From: Agathobacter rectalis
Lineage (GTDB): Bacteria > Actinomycetota > Coriobacteriia > Coriobacteriales > QAMH01
Direction of reading: 5' to 3'
NCBI GenBank assembly: GCA_963590525.1
Contig: CAVAPV010000002.1
Span: forward strand, 15,181-77,636
DNA length: 62,456 nucleotides
The notes beneath the pieces are model-generated. The model ran no database searches, was not told the DNA's origin, and saw nothing but the letters and a program-made list of their open reading frames with translations. Position numbers and translations under genes: made by a program. This document shows positions 1-10,124 of this stretch, in pieces. The first letter of the stretch is position 1. Each line of letters starts with the position of its first letter.

Positions 1-2
1 CT

Positions 3-380
3 CTAGTTCTCCTCAAAGGCCAAGGCGTCGACATGAACGTTGACGCACGAAGTCTGCGCGCCGATCTGGGCCATAAGCGCATCTGCGACAGCCTCGCGCA
101 CCTGCGTGGCAACATCGGAAAGACGATAGCCGTAATACGCCTGGATGGTGATATCCACGCAGACGTTACCATCCTGCTCGACTTCGAGCTTGATTCCGGC
201 TGTAGGCACGCTGCGCCCCGCATTGAGGGCAGCCGTGATGGCAGAGATCGCGCCAGCGGTGCCAACACTGGCAACGCCTTGAACCTCGGCTGCAGCCAAA
301 GAGACGATTGTCTCGACGACACCGGGAGCGATGGTGATTCCGTTTACGCAGATGCCCTGCGTGGCGCTCTTGTCTTTCAC
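3..380 (-). CDS. Asp23/Gls24-family (alkaline shock / envelope stress) protein
   Basis: 125-aa ORF with the Asp23/DUF322-type N-terminus (GITIAPGVVETIVSLAAAEVQGV). Its GTG start overlaps the stop of the upstream biotin carboxylase (GTGA). Confidence 0.8.
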   Translation of the reverse strand: MKDKSATQGICVNGITIAPGVVETIVSLAAAEVQGVASVGTAGAISAITAALNAGRSVPTAGIKLEVEQDGNVCVDITIQAYYGYRLSDVATQVREAVADALMAQIGAQTSCVNVHVDALAFEEN

Positions 381-1732
381 AGAACTCCTCCGTTCATCTG
401 AGTTTCGATGAAGTCAGTGTAAACCTCGCCGGACAAAAAGACATCGTTTTCGAGCACGGCTTTATGGAAGGGAATCGTAGTCGCAATGCCTTCGATAACG
501 AACTCGTCCAGCGCGCGCTTGCCCCTGGCAATGGCTTCTTCGCGGGTGTCGCCCCAGACGATGAGCTTTGCCAAAAGCGAGTCGTAGGTTGGCGGGACAG
601 TATAACCCGCGCGGATATGGGTGTCCACCCTAACGCCAGGGCCTCCAGGAAGATCGAAACGCGTGATCTTGCCCGGACAAGGCATGAAGCCGCGCGCAGG
701 ATCTTCTGCGTTGATGCGAAACTCGATAGCATGGGCAGCAGGCGACAGAGGAGCGCGATCTGCAATGGAGATAGGCAGGCCAGCTGCAATACGCAGCTGC
801 TCTTTGATGATATCTGCACCGGTGATCTGCTCTGACACGGGGTGCTCGACTTGAACGCGCGTGTTCATCTCCATGAAGTAGAAGCGTCCATCGGTATCGA
901 GCAGAAACTCGATCGTACCGGCGTTGACGTAATTCACACCGCGCACGGCCTTAAGCGCGGCTTCGCCCATCGCCTGACGCGTTGCCTCGTCCAACGCAGG
1001 ACTGGGTGCCTCTTCTAAGAGCTTTTGGTGGCGGCGCTGGATCGAGCAGTCGCGTTCGCACAGGTGCATGGCATTGCCGCAGGTGTCTGCAAGGACCTGA
1101 ACCTCCACATGGCGCGGATGGGAGAGGTACTTCTCGAGGTAGACCTCGTCGTTGCCAAAGGCGTTGGCTGCCTCTGTCTTGGCCGCGGTGAACATCTTCT
1201 CGAGCTCGCCGGCGTCTTGCGCTACGCGCATGCCCTTGCCGCCGCCGCCTGCAGATGCCTTGATGAGCACGGGATAGCCGACCTCGTCGGCAAAGCGTGC
1301 GGCCTCGTCTACTGTGTCAACCGCGCCGTCAGAGCCGGGAACAGTAGGCACGCCAAACTTGGCCATGGTGGCTTTGGCAGCGGCCTTATCGCCCAACTGC
1401 TCTATGGCATCGGGCGCAGGGCCGATGAAGACGATGTCGTTGTCTGCGCATGCGCGGGCAAACTCCGCGCTCTCGGACAAAAAGCCGTAGCCAGGGTGGA
1501 TGGCTTGCGCGCCCGTGATCTGGGCGGCACCGATGATGTTTTGCATCACCAGGTAGGACTTTGCCGAAGGCGCAGGGCCGATGCAGACGGCTTCATCGGA
1601 GAGCTTGACGGGAAGGGAGTCTTTGTCTGCAGTGGAGTAGACGACGACGGTCTTGACGCCCAGCTCATGGGCGGCTCTGATGATGCGTACGGCAACCTCG
1701 CCGCGGTTTGCGATGAGAATCTTGTCAAACAT
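377..1732 (-). CDS. accC: Biotin carboxylase (AccC-type; probably pyruvate carboxylase subunit A given its neighbour)
   Basis: 451 aa, MFDKILIANRGEVAVRIIRA..., ATP-grasp motifs, EMNTRVQVEHPVSE. Lies directly downstream of the carboxyltransferase/BCCP gene. Confidence 0.9.
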   Translation of the reverse strand: MFDKILIANRGEVAVRIIRAAHELGVKTVVVYSTADKDSLPVKLSDEAVCIGPAPSAKSYLVMQNIIGAAQITGAQAIHPGYGFLSESAEFARACADNDIVFIGPAPDAIEQLGDKAAAKATMAKFGVPTVPGSDGAVDTVDEAARFADEVGYPVLIKASAGGGGKGMRVAQDAGELEKMFTAAKTEAANAFGNDEVYLEKYLSHPRHVEVQVLADTCGNAMHLCERDCSIQRRHQKLLEEAPSPALDEATRQAMGEAALKAVRGVNYVNAGTIEFLLDTDGRFYFMEMNTRVQVEHPVSEQITGADIIKEQLRIAAGLPISIADRAPLSPAAHAIEFRINAEDPARGFMPCPGKITRFDLPGGPGVRVDTHIRAGYTVPPTYDSLLAKLIVWGDTREEAIARGKRALDEFVIEGIATTIPFHKAVLENDVFLSGEVYTDFIETQMNGGVL

Positions 1733-1742
1733 CTGATTGTCC

Positions 1743-3590
<1,848 letters not shown>

Positions 3591-3682
3591 CGCTTTGTTC
3601 CCCCTTCTCGAGGTCTCATCGATTCAATGTTCGCAATGCAGCCCGCAAACGGCGGGAAGACAAATCGTGTGGCAGACCTGAA

Positions 3683-3688
3683 ATTATA
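3683..3688 (-). promoter_or_regulatory. Candidate -10 box (TATAAT) for the pycB-accC operon
   Basis: Perfect TATAAT on the minus strand about 95 nt upstream of the pycB start, preceded by an A-tract. No good -35. Confidence 0.35.
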
Positions 3689-3763
3689 CCTGACGGGGCC
3701 TTGGGCGTCTTTTTTTAGGCTGTTACATCTCGATTACATGCCTCATACGGCTTGCAGGCGGCC

Positions 3764-4252
3764 CTATTCGCGCATAAAGCGCTTTGCCAAGGCCTCTTCT
3801 ACCGCCTGCGGCACCATTCCGGTGATGTTTCCACCCATGCTGGCAAGCTCTTTGACGACGCTTGAGGATATATAGGTGCAATCCGGGCTGGCAGTGACGA
3901 AGATAGTCTCGAGCTCGCTGTCAAGGCGGTAGTTGAGAGCCGCCATCTGAAACTCGTACTCGAAATCCGTCGTTGCACGCAGCCCCTTGACCACTGCCAC
4001 GGCACCGATCTGACGTGCAAAGTCCACAAGGAGATTGTCAAAGGCGACGACCTCCACGTTGTCAAGATGCGCGACAGCTTGTCGTGCAAGATCGACTCGT
4101 TCGTCAAGGGAGAAGAGGGGGCCGGATCCTTTCTTCTCTGATAAGGCGACACCGACGACAACCTGGTCAAAAAGACGGCTCGACCTCTCGACGACTTCGA
4201 GATGACCGGAGGTCATGGGGTCGAAGGTTCCAGGAACGATGACCTTGCGCAT
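3764..4252 (-). CDS. coaD: Phosphopantetheine adenylyltransferase
   Basis: 162 aa, GTFDPMTSGHLEVVERS (T/HxGH nucleotidyltransferase motif), ISSSVVKE near the C-terminus. Confidence 0.95.
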   Translation of the reverse strand: MRKVIVPGTFDPMTSGHLEVVERSSRLFDQVVVGVALSEKKGSGPLFSLDERVDLARQAVAHLDNVEVVAFDNLLVDFARQIGAVAVVKGLRATTDFEYEFQMAALNYRLDSELETIFVTASPDCTYISSSVVKELASMGGNITGMVPQAVEEALAKRFMRE

Positions 4253-4253
4253 G

Positions 4254-4853
4254 CTAGCAAACCTCCAAATACATCACAGCTACCTTGCCGTACTTCTTAT
4301 GTCCGCTTATCTGAAAGCCATCCGTACCTTCAAAGACCTCCTGCGCAACGTCCATATTTGCCGCGACGTGCTCGTAAACGACGATAGCGCCGGCGGCTAC
4401 ATCGCCATTTGCTCTGAGCTTCGTCAAAAAATCAGCTACGACAACGGGTTCTATGGCATAAGGCGGGTCGAGCAAAACCAAGTCGAAAGGCCGGCCAAAG
4501 CTCATAGGGCGCCCCGCAGCCGCCAACACGTCTCCGGATTTGCAGGCAAAGCGCCTGCTGTCCAGGCCCAAAGAGCTCGCATTGGAAAGCAAGACGCTGC
4601 GCGCTTTATCATCTTGCTCCCAGAAAGTGCACCTGTCCGCCCCGCGCGAAAGCGCCTCGAACCCCAAAGCACCGCTTCCACCAAAGGCATCTAAAACGGT
4701 CATCCCCTCAAGCGTCAGATCGTCTGTCTTTGACAAAACGGACGAGAAGATCGACTCTCTCACGCGATCTGTCGTAGGGCGCGTAGTCTGCGCGCTAGGA
4801 GATTCTATGGGCCTGCCTTTGAAGAGGCCTGCGACGATTCTCACATCAAGCAC
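4254..4853 (-). CDS. rsmD: 16S rRNA (guanine966-N2)-methyltransferase RsmD
   Basis: Conserved part starts at VRIVAGLFKGRPIESP...; DPPY motif (LLDPPYA). The track ORF extends to 5033, but that region lies inside recG. GTG starts at 4853 or 4844 fit; the exact start is uncertain. Confidence 0.8.
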   Translation of the reverse strand: MLDVRIVAGLFKGRPIESPSAQTTRPTTDRVRESIFSSVLSKTDDLTLEGMTVLDAFGGSGALGFEALSRGADRCTFWEQDDKARSVLLSNASSLGLDSRRFACKSGDVLAAAGRPMSFGRPFDLVLLDPPYAIEPVVVADFLTKLRANGDVAAGAIVVYEHVAANMDVAQEVFEGTDGFQISGHKKYGKVAVMYLEVC

Positions 4854-6999
4854 CTTTCTGTAAGGTAGCGGCAAAATCAGGAAACACCGCGTTGATATCT
4901 GCAGCAAGCGCAGCGTTTTGGCCTGCGCTAAGCGTTGGGTCGGCCGCAAGGATAGCACGGGCGTCCTCATGCGCGCACTCGACGAGCTGCGCGTCGTCGA
5001 CGACGTTGGCCAGGCGCAGATGCGCCATACCATGCTGGCGCGTGCCTAAGACGTCTCCCTCCCTGCGGCTAGCCAGATCGAGCTGGGCAAGCTTGAACCC
5101 GTCATCGCAAGACACCATCGCGTCCATTCGCGCCTTGAGCGCGTCATCGTCTTTTGCAGGATCTGCAACGAGGAAAACCTGCCCCGGATGACTGCCGCGC
5201 CCTACGCGCCCGCGCAGCTGATGGAGCTGAGACAGACCAAACCGGTCTGCGTCCTCGATCATCATCACCGTTGCGTTTGGCACGTCGATACCCACCTCTA
5301 TAACCGTTGTGCAAACCAAAACGTCGATCCGACCGGCGGCAAAATCCTCCATGACCTCTTGTTTTTGCGCGGCGCTCATCTTGCCGTGAAGCAGCCCGAC
5401 ACGAGCTTGAGTGAAGACCTTTGAGGCAAGGAAGTCTGCTTCATCTTGTGCGGCCTTGAGGTTTGCGACCTCTGTCTCACCGCGCAGCGCGCCTGCCATG
5501 CTGCCGTCCTGCAACGCATCCTCGCGCGCTTTGCGGCTAAGCCCGACAAGTGGGCAGACGACATAGGCCTGCCTTCCCTCTTTGAGCTCTTCTCGTATGG
5601 CCTCGTAAGCATGGCGGCGCCCATCGCGCGAGATGACACGTGTCGTCACAGGGGGCCTTGAGGCAGGGCGTTGCCTGATAAAACTCGTATCGAGATCTCC
5701 GTACAGCGCCAATGCCAAAGTGCGCGGGATGGGCGTAGCCGTCATCACCAAAAGGTCGCTGGCGTTGCCTTTGGAGCGCAGCGCCTGGCGCTGGTCGACG
5801 CCAAAGCGATGTTGCTCGTCGATGATAACGGCAGTGAGCTCTTTGAAGACGACATCTGGCTCTATGAGGGCGTGCGTTCCAAAGACGACGTCGAGTTCTC
5901 CCCGCGCCGCACGCTCCAGGATCGACGCGCGCTCGGACGGCTTTGTCGCCGAGGTAAGCACCGCCCAACGCACGCCGCAAGCATCGAGCATAGGGCCCAG
6001 CTTGCGTGCGTACTGGCGCGCCAGAACCTCTGTGGGCGCCATCATGGCAGCCTGGGTCTTGTTGTCTGCTGCAACGCAAAGCGCCATGCCCGCCACGACG
6101 GTCTTGCCCGTGCCCACATCTCCCAAAAGCATGCGGTTCATGGGACGCGCGGCCCGCATGTCCAAAACGATGTCTTTGGCCGCAGCTTGCTGCTCTTGTG
6201 TGAGCTCAAAGGGCAGCTGGGACAAAAACGCCTCGAGTTTTGCATGACCGGCATGCACCGTAAAACCCGCATGGGCCATCTGCGCATTGCGCCGCGCCAT
6301 CATCACAAGCTGCAGGCGCAAAAGCTCCTCATAGGCAAGGCGATAGCGCGCCTTTTGCCTGATCGAGCTACTCTGCGGAAAATGAATAGCCCTCAGCGCG
6401 GCCTTGCGCCCGATAAGCGCGTGTTTTGCACGCAAGCGGGCAGGCAGCGGGTCTTGGATGTCGCCGAGCTGCATCAAGGCATTTGAGACAAGGCGTCGCA
6501 TCCAAGACGGCTTGATAGCATCGTTTGCCTTGTGCACGGGAATCATCGCGAGCTTGAAGGAAGATTGCGATGATTCAAGCGTCTCTAGCACAGGAGAGCT
6601 TATCTGCTTCATCCCGTAGTTGAAGGCAACTTTACCCGTAGCAGTCACAAGGTCTCCGGGATGAAGCTTGTTGATCATCCACGGCTGTCTGAACCATACA
6701 AGCGAGACAGCCCCGGTCTCATCAACAACGGCAGCCTCGATGATATGGAGATTACCGCGAGGCTGCTTTTGCTTGACGCCCTCAAGACGCCCGGATACGG
6801 TAACGGTCTCGCCGATAGGCGCATCCGCACAGCTCACGGTTTTGGTGAGATCGATGTAGCGATGCGGGTAAGAGCTAACAAGGTCGCGCACCGTGGTGAT
6901 ACCGAGTTTTGAGAGAGCTTGAGCGCGCGCCGCAGCGCAACCCGCTACCTCGGTAACAGGGCTTGACAGCGTCAGATGCACGGCGTTGCCAGAAGGCAT
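4846..6999 (-). CDS. recG: ATP-dependent DNA helicase RecG
   Basis: 717 aa. Wedge domain plus SF2 helicase motifs (GDVGTGKT, DEQHRFG, TATPIPRTL, QLHQLRGRVGRG). Confidence 0.95.
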   Translation of the reverse strand: MPSGNAVHLTLSSPVTEVAGCAAARAQALSKLGITTVRDLVSSYPHRYIDLTKTVSCADAPIGETVTVSGRLEGVKQKQPRGNLHIIEAAVVDETGAVSLVWFRQPWMINKLHPGDLVTATGKVAFNYGMKQISSPVLETLESSQSSFKLAMIPVHKANDAIKPSWMRRLVSNALMQLGDIQDPLPARLRAKHALIGRKAALRAIHFPQSSSIRQKARYRLAYEELLRLQLVMMARRNAQMAHAGFTVHAGHAKLEAFLSQLPFELTQEQQAAAKDIVLDMRAARPMNRMLLGDVGTGKTVVAGMALCVAADNKTQAAMMAPTEVLARQYARKLGPMLDACGVRWAVLTSATKPSERASILERAARGELDVVFGTHALIEPDVVFKELTAVIIDEQHRFGVDQRQALRSKGNASDLLVMTATPIPRTLALALYGDLDTSFIRQRPASRPPVTTRVISRDGRRHAYEAIREELKEGRQAYVVCPLVGLSRKAREDALQDGSMAGALRGETEVANLKAAQDEADFLASKVFTQARVGLLHGKMSAAQKQEVMEDFAAGRIDVLVCTTVIEVGIDVPNATVMMIEDADRFGLSQLHQLRGRVGRGSHPGQVFLVADPAKDDDALKARMDAMVSCDDGFKLAQLDLASRREGDVLGTRQHGMAHLRLANVVDDAQLVECAHEDARAILAADPTLSAGQNAALAADINAVFPDFAATLQKGA

Positions 7000-7868
7000 C
7001 AGCGTCTAGCCGGGATATAGGAAAAGCCCACGCAACCCAATCCCACATGCGTGGCGATGATAGGGCCTACCTGCCTTTCGGAGGTCTCTGTGTAGTCGAT
7101 ACCCGCAGAGCTTATGGCCTCGCGCAGCATCTCGCAGGCCTGGGGGTTTCTCACATGCATCATGCAACCCTCCAAAGGCCCGATTTGCTCGACAAGCTGC
7201 TCGGCTTTCTTAGCGAGCTTGGAGATGGCGCGTTTCATGGATTTGGCCATAGCCACAGAGGTGACTACGCCCTCGGCACCCACCATCAAGATAGGCTTGA
7301 TGTCCAAGACATTAGCGACAAGACCCGTCGCCTTGCCCATGCGACCGCCCTTGACGAGATTTTCAAGCGTGTCTAAAGCAAAGACAACGCTCGAGTTGGG
7401 GATGATCTCCTCAAGATGTGCCACGACCTCTTCCATGGTGCATCCCTCGTCTCGCAGCTCGGATGCACGGTGGACGAGCAGCGCCTGGGTCAAGGTGTTG
7501 CGATTAAGGTTCATGACCCTGACCGGAACAGGCGCGCTTTGAGCAGCCATGCGAGCGGAGTTGACCGTGCCAGACATCGCCTCGGACATATGAAGCGACA
7601 AAATCGCATCATAGCCCTCCAAAGCGAGCTTGGAATACATATCGGCAAAATCCACAGGCGAGGGCATCGACGTCTTGGGAAGCTCATCGTGAGCTGCCAT
7701 CCAGTCGTAGAAGGCCTCGACGCTTTGGGCATCATTGTCCGAGATAAGGTCGCATCCAGCCTGATCGAGCACGCGGAGGTTAACGCACTCGACACCCCAT
7801 TGGGCAAGCTCGTCTTTGGAAATGTCACAGGCGCTATCGGTAACGATAGCGTAGCGTTGCTTTGTCAT
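6999..7868 (-). CDS. DegV-family fatty-acid-binding protein
   Basis: 289 aa, YAIVTDSACDI..., PKTSMPSP, MSGTVNSA: typical DegV signatures. Shares 1 nt with the recG start. Confidence 0.9.
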   Translation of the reverse strand: MTKQRYAIVTDSACDISKDELAQWGVECVNLRVLDQAGCDLISDNDAQSVEAFYDWMAAHDELPKTSMPSPVDFADMYSKLALEGYDAILSLHMSEAMSGTVNSARMAAQSAPVPVRVMNLNRNTLTQALLVHRASELRDEGCTMEEVVAHLEEIIPNSSVVFALDTLENLVKGGRMGKATGLVANVLDIKPILMVGAEGVVTSVAMAKSMKRAISKLAKKAEQLVEQIGPLEGCMMHVRNPQACEMLREAISSAGIDYTETSERQVGPIIATHVGLGCVGFSYIPARR

Positions 7869-7890
7869 GGCAAGCTCCTAGGGCCAAAGC

Positions 7891-9513
7891 CTACTCGATG
7901 GAAAAGATCACGGGATACAAGGGCTGATCGCCGCGTTGCGCATCGACCTCGAGGTCCTCAAAGCGCTCCTCGATCAAAGAGCTGAGCGCATCGAGCTGCT
8001 CATCGCTGTAATCTGCACCGGCAAGCAAGGTAACGGTGTCCATGTCGTCGTTTAAGGCCTCGATCAACGCCAAGGTGACCTCCTCGACGCTGGCGCCCAC
8101 AACATCCAAAGAACCGTTGGCGATGCCGATGAAGTCTCCTGGGGCAATAGGCGTGCCGTCAGAAGTCTTGGAATCCTTGATGGCAACGGTGACCTCGCCG
8201 CAGGAGACGTCCTCTAGCGCCTCGGTCATCGCCTCTACGTTGTCTTCAAGGGAAAGCTCGAGATTTGCCGCAAACAGGGCCGAGAAGGCGACGGGGACGG
8301 ACTTGGTCGCAACGACTGCCGCGGGCTTCTCGCTGCACTCGACAGCTGCCTGAGCGGCCATGATGATGTTCTTGTTGTTAGGCAGCAAGATGACGCTGTC
8401 TGCGTTGACCTGCTCGATGGCCTGCAAGAGATCTGCCGTAGAGGGGTTCATGGTCTGACCGCCGCTCACGACATAATCGACGCCAAGCGATTTGAGAATC
8501 TGTGCGGTGCCCTCGCCTGCTGCGACAGCGACAAAGCCCAAAGGCTTGCGCTCGGCTTGCGCATCTGCCTTGAGGCCCTCGTTGCGCTCCTCGGACTCGA
8601 GGATCATGTTGTGGATGAAGACCTCTGCCACCTGACCGCGTTGCGTCATGTAATTGAGCACCTCGCCGGGGGTGTCTGTGTGTACATGGACCTTGAAGTC
8701 GGGATGAGCGCCAACCATGAGCTCGCAATCGCCGAGCCCGCCTAGAAACTCGAGTGTGGCAGCCACATCGACATCGGTGCTCTTAAAGAGGAACTCGGTG
8801 CAGTACATATAGTCGGAGCCGGCCCAATCGTTGACTTGCTCGATGGCGACCTTGGGCTCGGGACGAGAGAACTGGGATGCCTCGGGCAGCTCTCCTGCAT
8901 CGCCAGTGAGTGCAGCTACAAAGGCTTGGATGAGGATGGTCAAACCAAAGCCACCGGAGTCAACTACGCCGTTTTCTTTGAGAACAGGCAAGAACTCAGG
9001 CGTGCGCTTGACAGAAGCCAATGCCTCGTCGGCGATGTCATGCAGCTGGTCGTGAACGCTTTTGCCCTCTTGCGCTGCGGTAACAGCCGCTTGGGCGCAG
9101 TCCTCCAAGACGGTGAGAATCGTGCCCTTGACCGGCTTGCGCACCGCTTGGAACGCAACCGTGACAGCAGTCTGCATGGCTACCGCGATGTCATCTGCGC
9201 TGATCTCATCCACGCCGCCTGCCTTTTGCGCGCCTTCGCAAAGGCCACGCAGGATCTGGCTCGTGATAACGCCGGAGTTGCCGCGAGCACCCATGAGGGA
9301 GCCATGGGTTACGGCCTTGGCAAGAGCCTTGCCATCTGCGTCCACAGGAAGCGCCTTGACCTCTTTGACGACGGATTCGACAGTCAGCGACATGTTCGTG
9401 CCGGTGTCTCCGTCGGGAACGGGAAACACGTTGAGGCGGTTGACCTCCTCTTTGCGATCGGACAGCGCGGTTGCTGCAGAGATGATGCACAGACGCAGTT
9501 CGGAAATATTCAT
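7891..9513 (-). CDS. DAK2-domain fusion protein YloV
   Basis: 540 aa. DhaL-like N-terminus (DGDTGTNM) plus YloV C-terminal domain. Conserved yloU-yloV-recG context. Confidence 0.9.
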   Translation of the reverse strand: MNISELRLCIISAATALSDRKEEVNRLNVFPVPDGDTGTNMSLTVESVVKEVKALPVDADGKALAKAVTHGSLMGARGNSGVITSQILRGLCEGAQKAGGVDEISADDIAVAMQTAVTVAFQAVRKPVKGTILTVLEDCAQAAVTAAQEGKSVHDQLHDIADEALASVKRTPEFLPVLKENGVVDSGGFGLTILIQAFVAALTGDAGELPEASQFSRPEPKVAIEQVNDWAGSDYMYCTEFLFKSTDVDVAATLEFLGGLGDCELMVGAHPDFKVHVHTDTPGEVLNYMTQRGQVAEVFIHNMILESEERNEGLKADAQAERKPLGFVAVAAGEGTAQILKSLGVDYVVSGGQTMNPSTADLLQAIEQVNADSVILLPNNKNIIMAAQAAVECSEKPAAVVATKSVPVAFSALFAANLELSLEDNVEAMTEALEDVSCGEVTVAIKDSKTSDGTPIAPGDFIGIANGSLDVVGASVEEVTLALIEALNDDMDTVTLLAGADYSDEQLDALSSLIEERFEDLEVDAQRGDQPLYPVIFSIE

Positions 9514-9554
9514 ACTTGGTTAATCCCTTTGCTGATTGCTACACGACAAGACGA

Positions 9555-9905
9555 CTAGGAGCGCACCTTGACGCCCTGGACATGGACGTCGACTGCCTCG
9601 ACGGGCAGCTGAGCGGAGTCTTCTAGGACATAGGTGACCTTCTCGGCGAGCATACGGGAGACCTCGGTAAGGTTCATGCCGTGCTCGATGATGACGTAGA
9701 GGTCTGCGTGGACTTTACCCTCGTCGGTCATCTTGATCGTGATGCCCTTGCGAAGGCGGTTATTGGGAAGGAGCTTGGCGATGCCGTCTGTAAGCGTGGG
9801 CGCAGCCATGCCGACGACACCGTAGCTTTCCAAAGCTGCGTAGCCAGCCATATCGGCGATGACGTCGTTGTCGACTGTCAAAGTGCCGGCGATAGTCTTG
9901 TCCAT
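9555..9905 (-). CDS. Asp23/Gls24-family protein (YloU-like)
   Basis: 116 aa, Asp23 family layout, directly upstream of the yloV homologue. Confidence 0.85.
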   Translation of the reverse strand: MDKTIAGTLTVDNDVIADMAGYAALESYGVVGMAAPTLTDGIAKLLPNNRLRKGITIKMTDEGKVHADLYVIIEHGMNLTEVSRMLAEKVTYVLEDSAQLPVEAVDVHVQGVKVRS

Positions 9906-10058
9906 GATCGGCTCCTAACGTGATTGGCCAATATCGAAACCGTTTGATTTTACCCTCTAAGCGCATATGCGCATAGCTATCGTTGATTTTTGCACAAAGT
10001 CCAAGATGGCAGATAACCAACGCAAAACAATGCCGGGACAGGCACCTTGCCCTATCTC

Positions 10059-10093
10059 AAAAAAACAGCAAGGCGCCGCAAAGGGCGCCTTGC
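10059..10093 (-). terminator. Rho-independent terminator after ppdK
   Basis: Minus strand GCAAGGCGCC-ctttgc-GGCGCCTTGC (10-bp perfect stem) followed by TGTTTTTTT, about 30 nt after the ppdK stop. Confidence 0.85.
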
Positions 10094-10124
10094 AAAAGGT
10101 TGGGCTATGCGTGTAGATACGCGC

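Noticed and set aside
3695-3722. Plus-strand hairpin plus T7 run (GACGGGGCCTTGGGCGTC-TTTTTTT) between coaD and pycB.
   Set aside because: Only 4 bp of the stem actually pair, and no plus-strand gene precedes it. The A-tract on the minus strand more likely belongs to the pycB promoter region.
9955-9975. Palindrome GCGCATATGCGC upstream of the yloU-like gene as an operator.
   Set aside because: It is a single short palindrome with no second copy or neighbouring regulator, so there is not enough evidence to call a binding site.
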